In this document: piece after piece, positions 54,460-64,000 of the stretch | Layout: each line of letters begins with the position of its first letter | Position numbering within the stretch: the stretch's first letter is position 1 | Assembly (NCBI GenBank): GCA_024400785.1 | Contig: JAKSME010000002.1 | Location: forward strand, 9,598-73,597 | Direction of reading: 5' to 3' | From: Bacteroidales bacterium | GTDB lineage: Bacteria > Bacteroidota > Bacteroidia > Bacteroidales > WCHB1-69 | DNA length: 64,000 nt | The notes under the pieces: model-generated | Databases searched by the model: none | What the model saw: the letters and a program-made list of their open reading frames with translations, nothing else | Told to the model about the DNA's origin: nothing | Made by a program: the position numbers and the translations under genes

Positions 54460-55689
54460 TTATTTCGTTTTTTCAAAGAATTCGACTTCCTTTTGAAGTT
54501 TCGTAGGCAAGTTTTCGACACAGTGGTGGCATTTCATTTCCAAGGTATACATACGGCCGATGCAATAATTGGAGTGCTTGCAACCGCTTCTTTCCTCGCC
54601 CGCAGCGAGTTTGTTGATAAATTCGGTATCATGGACGAGCGCACGCGCCATCTGCAAACCATCGAATCCGGCATCCAAAACTTCTTCCATTTTGCCCTTG
54701 GAGACCAAACCACCCACGTAAACCAAAGGCAGTTTAAGCTCTGCGCGGAACTTCTTGGCGTCTTCCAAAAAATAGGCCTCTTGGAAAGGAACTTCCGGAA
54801 TCATCAGCTTCCCGAACATTCTAACACCCATCTTGAGCCACCAGAATTTCCAAGGATTCATGTAGTGGGTGAGGGTTTTGTAGGGCATACAGCCACGCAT
54901 CACCGCCATCGGGGCCTTGCTCACGAAACCGGCCGTAAGTACCAGCGCATGTACGCCTAAACTTTCCAACTCCTTGGCCACGACGAGACATTCATCGATG
55001 CCCAAACCGCCCTTAAAACCATCATACATGTTGGTTTTTACAAAAACAGCCATGTCGTTTCCAGCCGCCTGCATCACTTCTTTGATAACCAAACGCATGA
55101 AATTCATACGTTTATCCATGTTTCCTCCAAAGAAATCCTTACGATGATTGGTATAAGGGGACAAAAACTGGCTGATAAGATAACCGTGACCGGCATGAAT
55201 TTCAACGGCATCAAATCCAGCTTGGCGGGCCAGATTAACGGCTTTGCCAAAATCTTTCACTAAGTCGTAAATTTCCTGTTCCTTCAGTTTGCGAACAAAA
55301 GTGGGAGAATAGAGGTTGAAACCTCCGGAAGCGCCCACGGGCATCTGGCCGCAAGTTGCGCGGTGCGTCATGTTTCCACAATGCCCCAGCTGAATGGACG
55401 CTTTGGCGCCTTCCGCGTGGATGGCATCGGTGAGCTTTTTCAAATCGGGAATGATTTCCTCGCGCATCCACAGCTGACCGTCGAAGGATACGCCGCTTCG
55501 GTTGACTGATGCGTAGGCAATGGTGGTCATACCAATGCCGCCTTTGGCAACCGCCGTGTGGTAATTGAAAAGATCTTGAGAGGGTTTGTTGCCATAGCAC
55601 ATATTTTCAAAGGCAGCAGAACGAATCGTACGGTTGCGCAATGTGAGCGGACCGAAAGTTACGGGGGTGAAAATTTTAGATTCTGACAT
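54460..55689 (-). CDS. NADH:flavin oxidoreductase, Old Yellow Enzyme family, with C-terminal Cys cluster
   Basis: 409 aa; TIM-barrel OYE motifs (LRNRTIRSA, GFDAVEIHAGHGYLISQFLSP) and C-terminal CKHSNYC...CHHC. Lacks the FAD/NAD(P) C-terminal domain of BaiCD or 2,4-dienoyl-CoA reductases. Confidence 0.8.
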   Translation of the reverse strand: MSESKIFTPVTFGPLTLRNRTIRSAAFENMCYGNKPSQDLFNYHTAVAKGGIGMTTIAYASVNRSGVSFDGQLWMREEIIPDLKKLTDAIHAEGAKASIQLGHCGNMTHRATCGQMPVGASGGFNLYSPTFVRKLKEQEIYDLVKDFGKAVNLARQAGFDAVEIHAGHGYLISQFLSPYTNHRKDFFGGNMDKRMNFMRLVIKEVMQAAGNDMAVFVKTNMYDGFKGGLGIDECLVVAKELESLGVHALVLTAGFVSKAPMAVMRGCMPYKTLTHYMNPWKFWWLKMGVRMFGKLMIPEVPFQEAYFLEDAKKFRAELKLPLVYVGGLVSKGKMEEVLDAGFDGLQMARALVHDTEFINKLAAGEERSGCKHSNYCIGRMYTLEMKCHHCVENLPTKLQKEVEFFEKTK

Positions 55690-55718
55690 AATTATTGTGA
55701 TATTAATTTCTCTTTCTA

Positions 55719-56507
55719 TTAATAGATGAAGGGAATCACTCTTTTCAGCTTTTTGCCCTTCATTTCATCAGCAAATTCCTTTTGATATTTATGATAAAGC
55801 GTGTTGGAACGGGGAACCAAATTAGCAAAAGTCCAAATGAAAAAAACCAAACCGGCAAGCGACCATGTCATAACGGCAAAGCCCAGCCATTCCATCAATT
55901 CGCCACAATAGTTGGCGGAAGTCACATGATTGAACATGCCACCTTTTGGCAGATAGTGCTTCGTGTCTGTCGGATCTTTTCTGAGATGGCGGATGATGTA
56001 GTCGGAATGCAAATTTGTGGCAAAGCCAGCAAAGAAAATCAGAACTCCGATAACGAACATCGGAGAGTAAAGCCATTCAATATCAGTATAATGCAAACCG
56101 AAAGCACTATAATTGACATAAAAAGATTCATAGAAAATCCAATATCCTTGCATCACGGCGTTGAGGCAGTTGAAGCACACTCCCATCAACATGATTCCGA
56201 TGGGCATTTTGCTTTTCCCTTTCATTAAAAAGGGAAAAATGAAAACTCGCTGAAAGTAATGCAATTCGAAAATCAAAAAGAAAATTAATGGCACAGTCAC
56301 GAACTTATGAGGTGAGCAGGCCCACAGCACAACCATAGCAACAAACACAGGAACTTCCATGATGAACCAAGCCACTTTGTTGTTGATGAGTTTGCCCCAG
56401 CGTGGGGAAACGAGCATGCCGTAACCAGCTTCTACGAAATAGAGAGAGATGAAAACGATGAGGGCAACACCCATCATCACACAGAGAAAAATATTGAATA
56501 CAGACAT
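55719..56507 (-). CDS. 3-oxo-5-alpha-steroid 4-dehydrogenase (steroid 5-alpha-reductase) family membrane protein
   Basis: 262 aa, ~6 TM helices. C-terminal signature NLHSDYIIRHLRK...LPKGGMFNHVTSANYCGELMEWLGFA is typical of the SRD5A/DUF1295 superfamily. Confidence 0.75.
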   Translation of the reverse strand: MSVFNIFLCVMMGVALIVFISLYFVEAGYGMLVSPRWGKLINNKVAWFIMEVPVFVAMVVLWACSPHKFVTVPLIFFLIFELHYFQRVFIFPFLMKGKSKMPIGIMLMGVCFNCLNAVMQGYWIFYESFYVNYSAFGLHYTDIEWLYSPMFVIGVLIFFAGFATNLHSDYIIRHLRKDPTDTKHYLPKGGMFNHVTSANYCGELMEWLGFAVMTWSLAGLVFFIWTFANLVPRSNTLYHKYQKEFADEMKGKKLKRVIPFIY

Positions 56508-56508
56508 A

Positions 56509-58419
56509 CTACTTAATCATTATTTCCATGGGTAAACGGGCCTGAACGCCATCCAAGTGACGAAGTTGGCGCATGGCCACAAAGGCGGGATAAAGTTCGC
56601 CAAGTTCGGCACGGTAGGCAGCTTCAATTTCGCGGCTATGGTCTTTTTCTTCCGTCAGCACTTCCAAAAAGGTCTTTTTGGCCGGATAGCAAACCAGTTC
56701 ATAATCACTGACATGGGCTTTGTTAGCAGCCAGTACGATGGCATCATGAAGGTTTCCCAGTTGATTCACCAGACCGATTTTCATTGCATCGGCGCCAGTC
56801 CAAACGCGGCCCATACCCACGCTGTCAACTTCCTCCATGGTCATGCCACGGCCTTTAGCCACACGCCCCAGAAAAGTTCTATAAGTTTCATCCACACTGT
56901 TTTGCATGTATTCACTTTCCTTTTCGTCCATCGGGCGGAACCCGTTCAGTGCATCGGAGTGAGCATTGGTGGCCACACCGTCGATAGTGACTCCCAATTT
57001 TTCGGAAAGGAATCTGCCAAAGCTCGGAATCATGCCGAAAACACCGATTGAGCCAGTAATGGTAGTGGGTTGAGCCACAATGGCATCTGCTCCGCAAGAG
57101 ATGTAATAACCGCCGGAAGCTGCATAATCGCCCATAGAAACAATGACGACCTTTCCAGCGGCTTTGGCTTGTTCAATCTCGCTTGCAATCACTTCAGAAG
57201 CAAGGGCGCTGCCGCCGGGGGAATTGACTCTCAGTACGATAGCCTTCACGGTTTTATCTTTGTACGCCTTGCGAATGTCCGCACTCAACGTATTGGAACC
57301 TATCACGGTAGCACTTCCATTGCCATCGATAATTTCGCCTACCGCATACACAATCGCGATTTTGTCGGCACGAGAGCTCGGACTTTTGATTTTCCAAGAT
57401 TGTTTGTATTCGTCCAAGCCCACCAACGTGATGACATCATTAGCACTTTTGTTGGTTTTCAGGCGGAGTGCCTTGTTGTATTCGGTACGCGAAGCGAGAG
57501 CGTCAACCATGTGAAAGTCCAAGGCGTCGACACCGCGGCTAAGCATCATGCTGTCGGCAATTTCATTGAGTCTTTCCACAGAAATTTTGCGAGATGATGA
57601 AATATCTTGGCAGAATTTACCCCAGATGGAGGCAACCAAAGCTTCCGACTGTTCGCGACTGGCCTCACTCATATCTTCACGAAAATAAGGTTCCACAGCG
57701 CTTTTGTAGCGACCATGTTTCACAATCTGCACGTCCACATCCAATTTGTCAATCAATCCTTTGTAGAACATCGTTTGCATGCACATGCCGCGGAAATCAA
57801 TGCTGCCTTGTGGGTTAAGGTAAACTTTGTCGGCGACGGAAGCGATATAGTAAGCACTTTGGGAATAGGTATCGCCATAAGCGTAAACAAACTTGCCCGA
57901 CTTTTTGAAATCGGCCAGGGCCTGGCGAATTTCTTCCAAAGTAGCGGGGCTGGCCGAAACGGAGGTGAGATTCAGCGAAATACCCAAAATTTTCTCGTCC
58001 TGCTGGGCATTTCTCACCGCGCTAAGAATATCGTCCAAACCGATGGTTTTGGTTTGTCCATAGATGCTGGGGGTGAAATTCATATCGTTGGAGCGTTCCA
58101 CCACGGGGGCATCCAGCGTCAGTTCCAAAATAGAATCCTTGGGAATGGAAACGGTAACCGAACCGATGAGGGAAATGAGCATAAAGATTCCCAGGAAAGA
58201 GAGGACGATATTGGCGAAAACGAAACCGAGAAGGGAGCCGAAAACAACACGCCAGAATTTTCTTGCGCGGGATTCCTGACGGAAAGGCTTCGTTGGTTTT
58301 TCTCTTTTTCTTCCTTTTTTCGGAGTGGGGATTTCTTCTTTTACAGAAGTTTTTTCTGAAGGATTTTCAGAATTTTGTGAGGTTTCCTCGTGAATTGGGT
58401 TTTCAAAATTTTCTTCCAT
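56509..58419 (-). CDS. sppA: signal peptide peptidase SppA, 67K type
   Basis: Two ClpP/crotonase-like halves (second: RVNSPGGSALASE...SMGDYAASGGYY). N-terminal TM anchor after an acidic/basic tail. Start at ATGGAAGAA (58419), downstream of the promoter box. Confidence 0.9.
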   Translation of the reverse strand: MEENFENPIHEETSQNSENPSEKTSVKEEIPTPKKGRKREKPTKPFRQESRARKFWRVVFGSLLGFVFANIVLSFLGIFMLISLIGSVTVSIPKDSILELTLDAPVVERSNDMNFTPSIYGQTKTIGLDDILSAVRNAQQDEKILGISLNLTSVSASPATLEEIRQALADFKKSGKFVYAYGDTYSQSAYYIASVADKVYLNPQGSIDFRGMCMQTMFYKGLIDKLDVDVQIVKHGRYKSAVEPYFREDMSEASREQSEALVASIWGKFCQDISSSRKISVERLNEIADSMMLSRGVDALDFHMVDALASRTEYNKALRLKTNKSANDVITLVGLDEYKQSWKIKSPSSRADKIAIVYAVGEIIDGNGSATVIGSNTLSADIRKAYKDKTVKAIVLRVNSPGGSALASEVIASEIEQAKAAGKVVIVSMGDYAASGGYYISCGADAIVAQPTTITGSIGVFGMIPSFGRFLSEKLGVTIDGVATNAHSDALNGFRPMDEKESEYMQNSVDETYRTFLGRVAKGRGMTMEEVDSVGMGRVWTGADAMKIGLVNQLGNLHDAIVLAANKAHVSDYELVCYPAKKTFLEVLTEEKDHSREIEAAYRAELGELYPAFVAMRQLRHLDGVQARLPMEIMIK

Positions 58420-58438
58420 AATATTTAAAAAATTTTTG

Positions 58439-58446
58439 CAAAAATA
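58439..58446 (-). promoter_or_regulatory. -7 promoter box TATTTTTG of sppA
   Basis: Complement reads TTGTATTTTTGCAAAAA, 20 nt upstream of the ATG at 58419. Confidence 0.6.
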
Positions 58447-58515
58447 CAAATTATTACGGAATTAGGATTTGGAAGAAATGAAGGATTTTTGGTCACCTTT
58501 TTGGAGAAAAAACAG

Positions 58516-58523
58516 TACTTTTG
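58516..58523 (+). promoter_or_regulatory. -7 promoter box TACTTTTG
   Basis: CAGTACTTTTGCACTCC. The ORF-track TTG start at 58521 lies inside it. Confidence 0.6.
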
Positions 58524-58559
58524 CACTCCTTTTTCGAAAAAGGGTTAATCCCATTTTTT

Positions 58560-59987
58560 ATGATAAAAGATTATTTGAAAGAACTTAAAAATCCTGTATA
58601 CCAAACAGTTGGAGAAGCAGCTGAAGAAATCGGCCTCGTTGCTTACGCTGTTGGCGGCGTTGTGAGAGATATTTTTTTGAACAGAAGTTCCAAAGATATC
58701 GACATTGTGGTAGTCGGTTCGGGCATTGAGTTGGCCAAAGCCACTGCCAAAAAGATTTCCCCGCATCTCAGCGTCAATGTCTATAAGAACTTCGGAACCG
58801 CGCAATTTACGTACGACGGTACGATGGTGGAATTTGTCGGCGCCCGCCGCGAATCTTATTCCCACAACTCTCGCAAACCCATTGTCGAAGATGGAACCCT
58901 CGAGGATGACCAAAACCGCCGCGACTTCACCATCAACGCCCTCGCCATCGCACTCAACGGACCGCAAAAAGGTTCTATCATTGACTCGTTTCATGGCATC
59001 GATGACATTCACAACAAACTGATACGCACACCGTTAGACCCAGACATCACCTTCTCCGACGATCCACTGCGCATGCTCCGCGCCATCCGATTCGCTTCCC
59101 AACTCAATTTCACCATCGTCCCTGAAACTTACGAAGCCATCGTCCGCAACGCCTACCGCCTCGAAATCATCTCCAAAGAACGCATTACCGAAGAGCTCAA
59201 CAAAATCCTCCTCTCCCCGAAACCGTCCATCGGACTGAAACTCCTCGACGAAACCGGGCTCCTCGTGCAGTTCCTCCCCGAACTCGTGGCCCTGAAGGGC
59301 GTGGAAAATATCAACGGACAAAAACACAAAGACAACTTCCTACACACTTTGGAAGTGGTGGACAAAATCGCTCTCGTGAGCAACAACCTCTTTTTAGTTT
59401 GGGCCGCCCTTCTTCACGACATTGCCAAGCCCAAAACCAAGCGTTTTGATGAAAAAGTCGGATGGACTTTCCACGGGCACGAGGTCGTCGGTGCCAGAAT
59501 GGTTCCTCAGATTTTCAAGCGGATGAAGCTGCCCTGCAACGAAAAAATGAAATATGTGGAGAAGTTGGTCGGTTTGCACCTCCGCCCGCAAGCTCTTGTA
59601 GATGACGGAGTTACAGATTCCGCTGTGCGCCGTCTCCTTTTTGAAGCCAGCGATGACATCGATGACTTGATGTTGCTGTGTGAAGCAGACATCACTTCCA
59701 AAAATGCCGCCAAGGTCAAACGCTATCTGGACAATTTCGCGCTCGTGCGCCAAAAGTTCATTGAAATCGAGGAAAAGGACAAAATCCGCAATTGGCGGCC
59801 GCCCATTGATGGAGAACTGATTATGAGAACCTTCAACCTCCGCCCCTCGCGTGAGGTGGGCACGATAAAAGATGCCGTTTGCGACGCAATTTTGGATGGT
59901 GTCATCGAAAATACGTACGAAGCCGCTTACAAAAAAATGGTGGAGGTGGGTATCGAATTGGGTTTCAAGGTGGTTACGGAAGAATAA
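58560..59987 (+). CDS. tRNA nucleotidyltransferase / poly(A) polymerase family protein with HD domain (CCA-adding enzyme-like)
   Basis: AVGGVVRDIFLNRSSKDIDIVV, RRDFTINALA, and a C-terminal HD domain (LLHDIAKP). Start at the ATG at 58560. Confidence 0.8.
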   Translation: MIKDYLKELKNPVYQTVGEAAEEIGLVAYAVGGVVRDIFLNRSSKDIDIVVVGSGIELAKATAKKISPHLSVNVYKNFGTAQFTYDGTMVEFVGARRESYSHNSRKPIVEDGTLEDDQNRRDFTINALAIALNGPQKGSIIDSFHGIDDIHNKLIRTPLDPDITFSDDPLRMLRAIRFASQLNFTIVPETYEAIVRNAYRLEIISKERITEELNKILLSPKPSIGLKLLDETGLLVQFLPELVALKGVENINGQKHKDNFLHTLEVVDKIALVSNNLFLVWAALLHDIAKPKTKRFDEKVGWTFHGHEVVGARMVPQIFKRMKLPCNEKMKYVEKLVGLHLRPQALVDDGVTDSAVRRLLFEASDDIDDLMLLCEADITSKNAAKVKRYLDNFALVRQKFIEIEEKDKIRNWRPPIDGELIMRTFNLRPSREVGTIKDAVCDAILDGVIENTYEAAYKKMVEVGIELGFKVVTEE

Positions 59988-60144
59988 ATTCCGTAACAAT
60001 GATGTAAACCATGGCGACAAGGAGCAGAATGCCAAAGGCCATCAGCCCGATTTGCTGCCATTTGCTCTTGGTATTTTTTTTGCTGCGACGGCGCTGCATC
60101 GCATTGTGATAGCGACGGCCAAATGCCTGCGCTTCCTCACTCAT
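59974..60144 (-). CDS. small hypothetical membrane protein
   Basis: 56 aa from the ATG at 60144, which overlaps the upstream stop (CATGAGTGA). Basic N-terminus and one TM helix (IGLMAFGILLLVAMVYIIV). Weak evidence. Confidence 0.35.
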   Translation of the reverse strand: MSEEAQAFGRRYHNAMQRRRSKKNTKSKWQQIGLMAFGILLLVAMVYIIVTEFILP

Positions 60145-60682
60145 GGGTTCCGAATTCTCGCTCATATTCTTCATTCATTTGGTCCATTCTCATTTTAACT
60201 ATCTCATATTCATCACCCAAAGCTTTTTTCATAGCCTCGGAGCTTCCCCAATAATTGGTAAAGCCCATGAGGGCCAAAGAGTCTATGCGATGGGAGAACA
60301 TGCCACCGATACCTTCGTTGTAAATAGTATCGCGCGTGCCGGTTGAGTCGACTTTCACAAAATAATCGGCTTTTTCCGGAGAAACCGTTTCCGTGGGGGT
60401 GGCCGGTTGGCCGAAGATTTCAAAAAGCCGGACAAAAGCTTTGGAGTTGATAAACACGACAAGCATCACCACGCCGACGCAAACAAGGGCGATAGAGAGT
60501 TGTGGTGCGCGACGAGGGCGATGAGAACGCCGGGCATCCCAAGCGTTCTCCAATCTTTTTGCTCGTTTTTCTTCTTCGCTGCGTTCATTTCCGTTCTCAT
60601 CCTTCTCATCTTCAGGATTATAGTAACGCGGGATGTAAGTAAACTTGCGTGGCTTCTGTTGATGGAAAAATGAGAATGCCAT
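60137..60682 (-). CDS. hypothetical single-pass membrane protein downstream of infB
   Basis: 181 aa. Starts 2 nt after the infB stop codon. Charged N-terminus and TM helix (LSIALVCVGVVMLVVFI). Confidence 0.5.
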   Translation of the reverse strand: MAFSFFHQQKPRKFTYIPRYYNPEDEKDENGNERSEEEKRAKRLENAWDARRSHRPRRAPQLSIALVCVGVVMLVVFINSKAFVRLFEIFGQPATPTETVSPEKADYFVKVDSTGTRDTIYNEGIGGMFSHRIDSLALMGFTNYWGSSEAMKKALGDEYEIVKMRMDQMNEEYEREFGTHE

Positions 60683-60684
60683 GG

Positions 60685-63528
60685 TTACAACGTAGCTTTT
60701 TCTTCGTATTCTTCGTAACCTTCAATGATGTCTCCAACCTTGATATCATTGAAGTTTTCAATGTTCAAACCGCAGTCCTGACCAGAAACCACTTCCTTCA
60801 CATCATCCTTGAAACGACGCAAAGAACCCAGTTTTCCGGTGTAAATTACGATACCGTCGCGGATCAGGCGGACTTTGCTGCTACGCTGCAACTTGCCATC
60901 CAGCACAATACAACCTGCGACGTTGCCCACTTTCGAAATTCTGAAAACCTCCTTGACTTCGATGTTACAAATAACCTTTTCGCGGATTTGCGGTGCCAAC
61001 ATGCTTTCCATTGCGGACTTGATTTCTTCGATGGCATCGTAAATAATGGAGTAGGTACGAATATCAATTTGCTCTTTTTCAGCCAGTTTGCGTGCTCCGA
61101 TGGAAGGACGAACCTGGAAGGCAACGATAACGGCGTCGGAAGCTGATGCCAACATAACATCGCTTTCTGTTACCTGGCCGACCGACTTGTGAATTACATT
61201 CACCTGGATCTTTTCGGTAGAGAGTTTCATCAAAGAATCCGACAAAGCTTCTACAGAGCCGTCCACGTCGCCCTTAACGATGACATTAAGTTCTTTAAAG
61301 TCACCGATGGCGATACGGCGGCCGATTTCATCAAGGGTAATATGTTTCTGGGTACGCAAGCCCTGTTCACGCAGCAAACGTGCGCGCTTGGTGGCCGTGG
61401 TTCTGGCTTCCTGTTCAGAGTCACAAACCTTGAAGGTGTCGCCGGCCTGCGGGGCTCCGTCCAAACCGAGAAGCAGTACCGGAGATGCCGGTCCGACAGA
61501 CTTCACCGGTTGATTACGTTCATTGAACAGAGCTTTCACCTTGCCGTAACAACTTCCGGCCAAAATCGGGTCGCCAATTTTCAATGTACCGTTCTGTACC
61601 AACAATTTAGCCACATAGCCCTTACCTTTGTCGAGGGAAGACTCAATCACCGTGCCCACGCCGGGACGGTTCGGGTTGGCTTTCAGTTCAAGAAGTTCAG
61701 CTTCCAGCAACACTTTCTCCAACAGTTCGTTTACGTTGGTACCGTGTTTGGCGTCAATTTCTTGGCACTGATATTTTCCACCCCAGTCTTCCACCAGAAT
61801 ATTCATGTTTGCCAGGCCCTCGCGGATTTTTTCCGGGTTGGCGTGCGGTTTGTCAATCTTCGTGATGGCGAAAATCATCGGAACACCTGCTGCCTGAGCG
61901 TGGTTAATGGCTTCAACGGTTTGCGGCATGATGGAGTCGTCGGCAGCAATTACGATGATACACAAGTCGGTGATTTTGGCACCACGGGCACGCATAGCGG
62001 TAAATGCCTCGTGGCCGGGAGTATCCAAGAAAGTGATTTTACGGCCATCGGCGAGAGTTACCTCGTATGCGCCGATGTGCTGCGTAATACCGCCGGCCTC
62101 ACCGGCGATAACATTTGATTTGCGGATGTAGTCGAGGAGTGAAGTTTTACCGTGGTCAACGTGGCCCATAACGGTAATAATGGGGTGACGCGGTTGGAGA
62201 TTTTCGGGGGAATCCTCCTGGGAATCTTCTTTGTTTTCACCGTCATCAACGCTGACGAACTCGACTTCATAGTCAAATTCCTCTGCCAAAAGCGAGATTG
62301 TTTCTGCGCTCAAACGCTGGTTGATGGAGACGAACAAACCGACGGTCATACAGGTAGAGATAATCTTGGTAACCGGGATGTTCATAAGGGTGGCGAGTTC
62401 GTTTGCAGTAATGAACTCCGTCACTTTCAGCACTTTCTGTTGTGCCAATTCTGCCAATTCTGCCTGCATCATCTCTTCATGGATGTGCTGACGTTTTTCT
62501 CTTCTTCTCTTAGAAGATTTCGTTTTGCCCTGGGGTTCCAAACGCTGTTTGGTTTCCTTGATTTGGCGTTGGATATCTTCTTTGGAAATTTCGATTTTCG
62601 GTTCTACCTTTTTGGCAGGTCTGTGAGATTCGTTATTGGTTCCTGCGGCGGGAGCAGACTGGATTCTCTTTCTTTTTTTCTTACGGGTGGCATTGGCGTC
62701 AGCGGCTGTTTTTTCCTTATTTTCCTTAGCATCTTTATTACCGCTGCGTTTGCCTGTTTCTTTGAAGGCGGAAAGGTCGATTTTTCCAACGATGTTGGGA
62801 GCTTTCAGCTTTTCAACGACCAAGTCGACGTGTTCGGGTGCGTGTTCGGTGGTGGGTTCAGGTGCTGAAGTGGGTGTTTCAACCGCCGGTTCCGGGGTTT
62901 CGACCACGGGTTCGGGGAGTTTTTCTTCGGGCTTCGGCTCCGGTTTTTTCGGTTCGAGATCGATTTTGCCAACCACCTTGGGGGTATAGTTCTCCACATT
63001 GATTTCGATATGCTCGGGTTCGGGCTTGACCTCTTTCACGGGTTCGGGTTCGGCGACTGGTTCGGGGGCCGTTTCTTCCTTCACGGGTTCGGGTTCAACC
63101 ACGGGTTCCGGAACCGGTTCTTCCACCTTCGGAGCGGGTTTCTTCTTGGGTTCAAGGTCGATTTTACCGATGATTTTCGGCTTGCTGACTTCTACTTTGA
63201 TGGTTTCCTTTTCGATGGTATTCACCTTGATTTGAACCACTTCTGGCTCTTCTTCAACGGGTTGTTCCACCTTTTCAGGTTCGGTTTTGTTGGCCCCGGG
63301 CTTGTTGTATGAAAAGTCCATGTCCAACTTCTGAGATTCCTCTTTCACCTTTTTTTCACCACTCAGATGTTTGACCAACGTCTCATACATTTCAGCCGTC
63401 AGTTTCGCGTTGCGGTTATCTTCAATTTCCAGTCCCTTCTTTTTCAGAAGTTCCACAATGGTTCCGGTAGCAACGTTAAACTCTTTGGCGGCTGCGCCTA
63501 ATCTCGGTAATTTCTTTTCTTCACCCAT
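60685..63528 (-). CDS. infB: translation initiation factor IF-2
   Basis: 947 aa; G domain [24 protein letters not shown]; a P/E/K-rich N-terminal region with three (I/V)(I/V)GKIDL repeats. Confidence 0.97.
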   Translation of the reverse strand: MGEEKKLPRLGAAAKEFNVATGTIVELLKKKGLEIEDNRNAKLTAEMYETLVKHLSGEKKVKEESQKLDMDFSYNKPGANKTEPEKVEQPVEEEPEVVQIKVNTIEKETIKVEVSKPKIIGKIDLEPKKKPAPKVEEPVPEPVVEPEPVKEETAPEPVAEPEPVKEVKPEPEHIEINVENYTPKVVGKIDLEPKKPEPKPEEKLPEPVVETPEPAVETPTSAPEPTTEHAPEHVDLVVEKLKAPNIVGKIDLSAFKETGKRSGNKDAKENKEKTAADANATRKKKRKRIQSAPAAGTNNESHRPAKKVEPKIEISKEDIQRQIKETKQRLEPQGKTKSSKRRREKRQHIHEEMMQAELAELAQQKVLKVTEFITANELATLMNIPVTKIISTCMTVGLFVSINQRLSAETISLLAEEFDYEVEFVSVDDGENKEDSQEDSPENLQPRHPIITVMGHVDHGKTSLLDYIRKSNVIAGEAGGITQHIGAYEVTLADGRKITFLDTPGHEAFTAMRARGAKITDLCIIVIAADDSIMPQTVEAINHAQAAGVPMIFAITKIDKPHANPEKIREGLANMNILVEDWGGKYQCQEIDAKHGTNVNELLEKVLLEAELLELKANPNRPGVGTVIESSLDKGKGYVAKLLVQNGTLKIGDPILAGSCYGKVKALFNERNQPVKSVGPASPVLLLGLDGAPQAGDTFKVCDSEQEARTTATKRARLLREQGLRTQKHITLDEIGRRIAIGDFKELNVIVKGDVDGSVEALSDSLMKLSTEKIQVNVIHKSVGQVTESDVMLASASDAVIVAFQVRPSIGARKLAEKEQIDIRTYSIIYDAIEEIKSAMESMLAPQIREKVICNIEVKEVFRISKVGNVAGCIVLDGKLQRSSKVRLIRDGIVIYTGKLGSLRRFKDDVKEVVSGQDCGLNIENFNDIKVGDIIEGYEEYEEKATL

Positions 63529-63589
63529 ATATTATTCTTTCTTGTTTTAAATTGATTTTCCCACAAATCCACAGCACAAAAGGTTGGTA

Positions 63590-64000
63590 TTATTCTTCGG
63601 CGGCGGGAGTTTCTTCTTCCGTGGCGGCCTGTTCTTCAACAGACGGAGCGTCATCGTCGATTTCCAACTCTTCCTTAACGGCGGCGATAACTTCGTCAAC
63701 GGTTTCTTCCTCCAAGTCAGTACGTTGCACCAATTCTTCGCGCGTAAGTTTCAGCACGCTTTTGGCGGTATCGCAACCGATTTTCTTGAATGCATCAATT
63801 ACCCACTGGTCGAATACGTCGTTGAACTCTTGCAAATCCACGTCATCTTCTTCGATGATATCATCACGGAACACATCGATTTCGTAGCCGGAAAGCTTGC
63901 CGGCCAACTTGATGTTGTAACCGCCTTTGCCGATAGCGAGAGAAACCTGATCGGGTTTCATATACACATTGGCCATCTTATTTTCTTCATCCAAATCGAT
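63590..64000 (-). CDS. nusA: transcription termination/antitermination factor NusA (3' part; the gene continues beyond the right edge)
   Basis: KH-domain signature LAIGKGGYNIKLAGKLSGYEIDV and an acidic C-terminal tail. The reading frame is open to position 64000, and infB lies immediately downstream. Confidence 0.85.
   Translation of the reverse strand: MDLDEENKMANVYMKPDQVSLAIGKGGYNIKLAGKLSGYEIDVFRDDIIEEDDVDLQEFNDVFDQWVIDAFKKIGCDTAKSVLKLTREELVQRTDLEEETVDEVIAAVKEELEIDDDAPSVEEQAATEEETPAAEE

Noticed and set aside
62600-63300. Periodic GGGTTC/GGTTCGG-rich DNA that resembles a tandem or spacer-repeat structure.
   Set aside because: It lies inside infB and encodes the P/E/K/V-rich low-complexity N-terminal linker (EPEPVKE..., KPEPKPEE...). 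The units are irregular and there is no repeat-spacer architecture.
1-64000. A search by eye for CRISPR arrays, rRNA, integrases/transposases, toxin-antitoxin pairs and classic defence-system signatures.
   Set aside because: None was recognised. The only mobile-looking feature is the repeat-flanked fic cassette, and the remaining genes are ordinary chromosomal functions.

Overview
The window is a 64-kb chromosomal segment that looks like a Bacteroidota (Bacteroidales-type) genome. The reasons: almost every transcription unit is preceded by the TAnnTTTG -7 promoter box, Shine-Dalgarno sequences are absent, one secreted protease carries a T9SS C-terminal sorting domain, and there are SPOR-domain proteins and an ExbB/ExbD/ExbD cluster. 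I call 55 protein-coding genes (one truncated by the right edge) and 3 tRNAs: Ser-GGA, Gly-CCC and Glu-TTC. I recognised no rRNA, CRISPR array, transposase or integrase.

Most of the content is housekeeping:
- folP, peptidases (C69, DdpX-like, PepT) and dprA.
- An envelope/LPS block (amidase, lptD-like, acyltransferase, GT9, lpxK).
- rfbA, cdd, dapA, an aspartate aminotransferase, sppA, a CCA/polyA-polymerase-family enzyme, and nusA-infB.

Six parts deserve a second look:
1. A 1.3-kb Fic cassette next to tRNA-Gly. It is bracketed by ~97-bp diverged direct repeats whose differences are all synonymous or structure-neutral.
2. A four-gene heterodisulfide-reductase-like module (HdrC-like x2, a membrane DsrMK/HdrED-like fusion, HdrB-like) with no flavoprotein partner.
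3. Four same-strand arrays of GTGGAA/GTGAAA hexamers. One pair brackets the HdrB-like gene and the other brackets a low-GC two-gene island.
4. An sppA / steroid-5-alpha-reductase-like / Old-Yellow-Enzyme operon, reminiscent of gut Bacteroidales bile-acid reductase modules.
5. A 20-bp direct repeat bracketing a terminator-like hairpin upstream of a beta-CASP hydrolase gene.
6. A T9SS M14 carboxypeptidase carrying three tandem ~107-aa repeats of an unassigned Cys-containing domain.

All protein calls rest on motif recognition by eye; no database search was possible.
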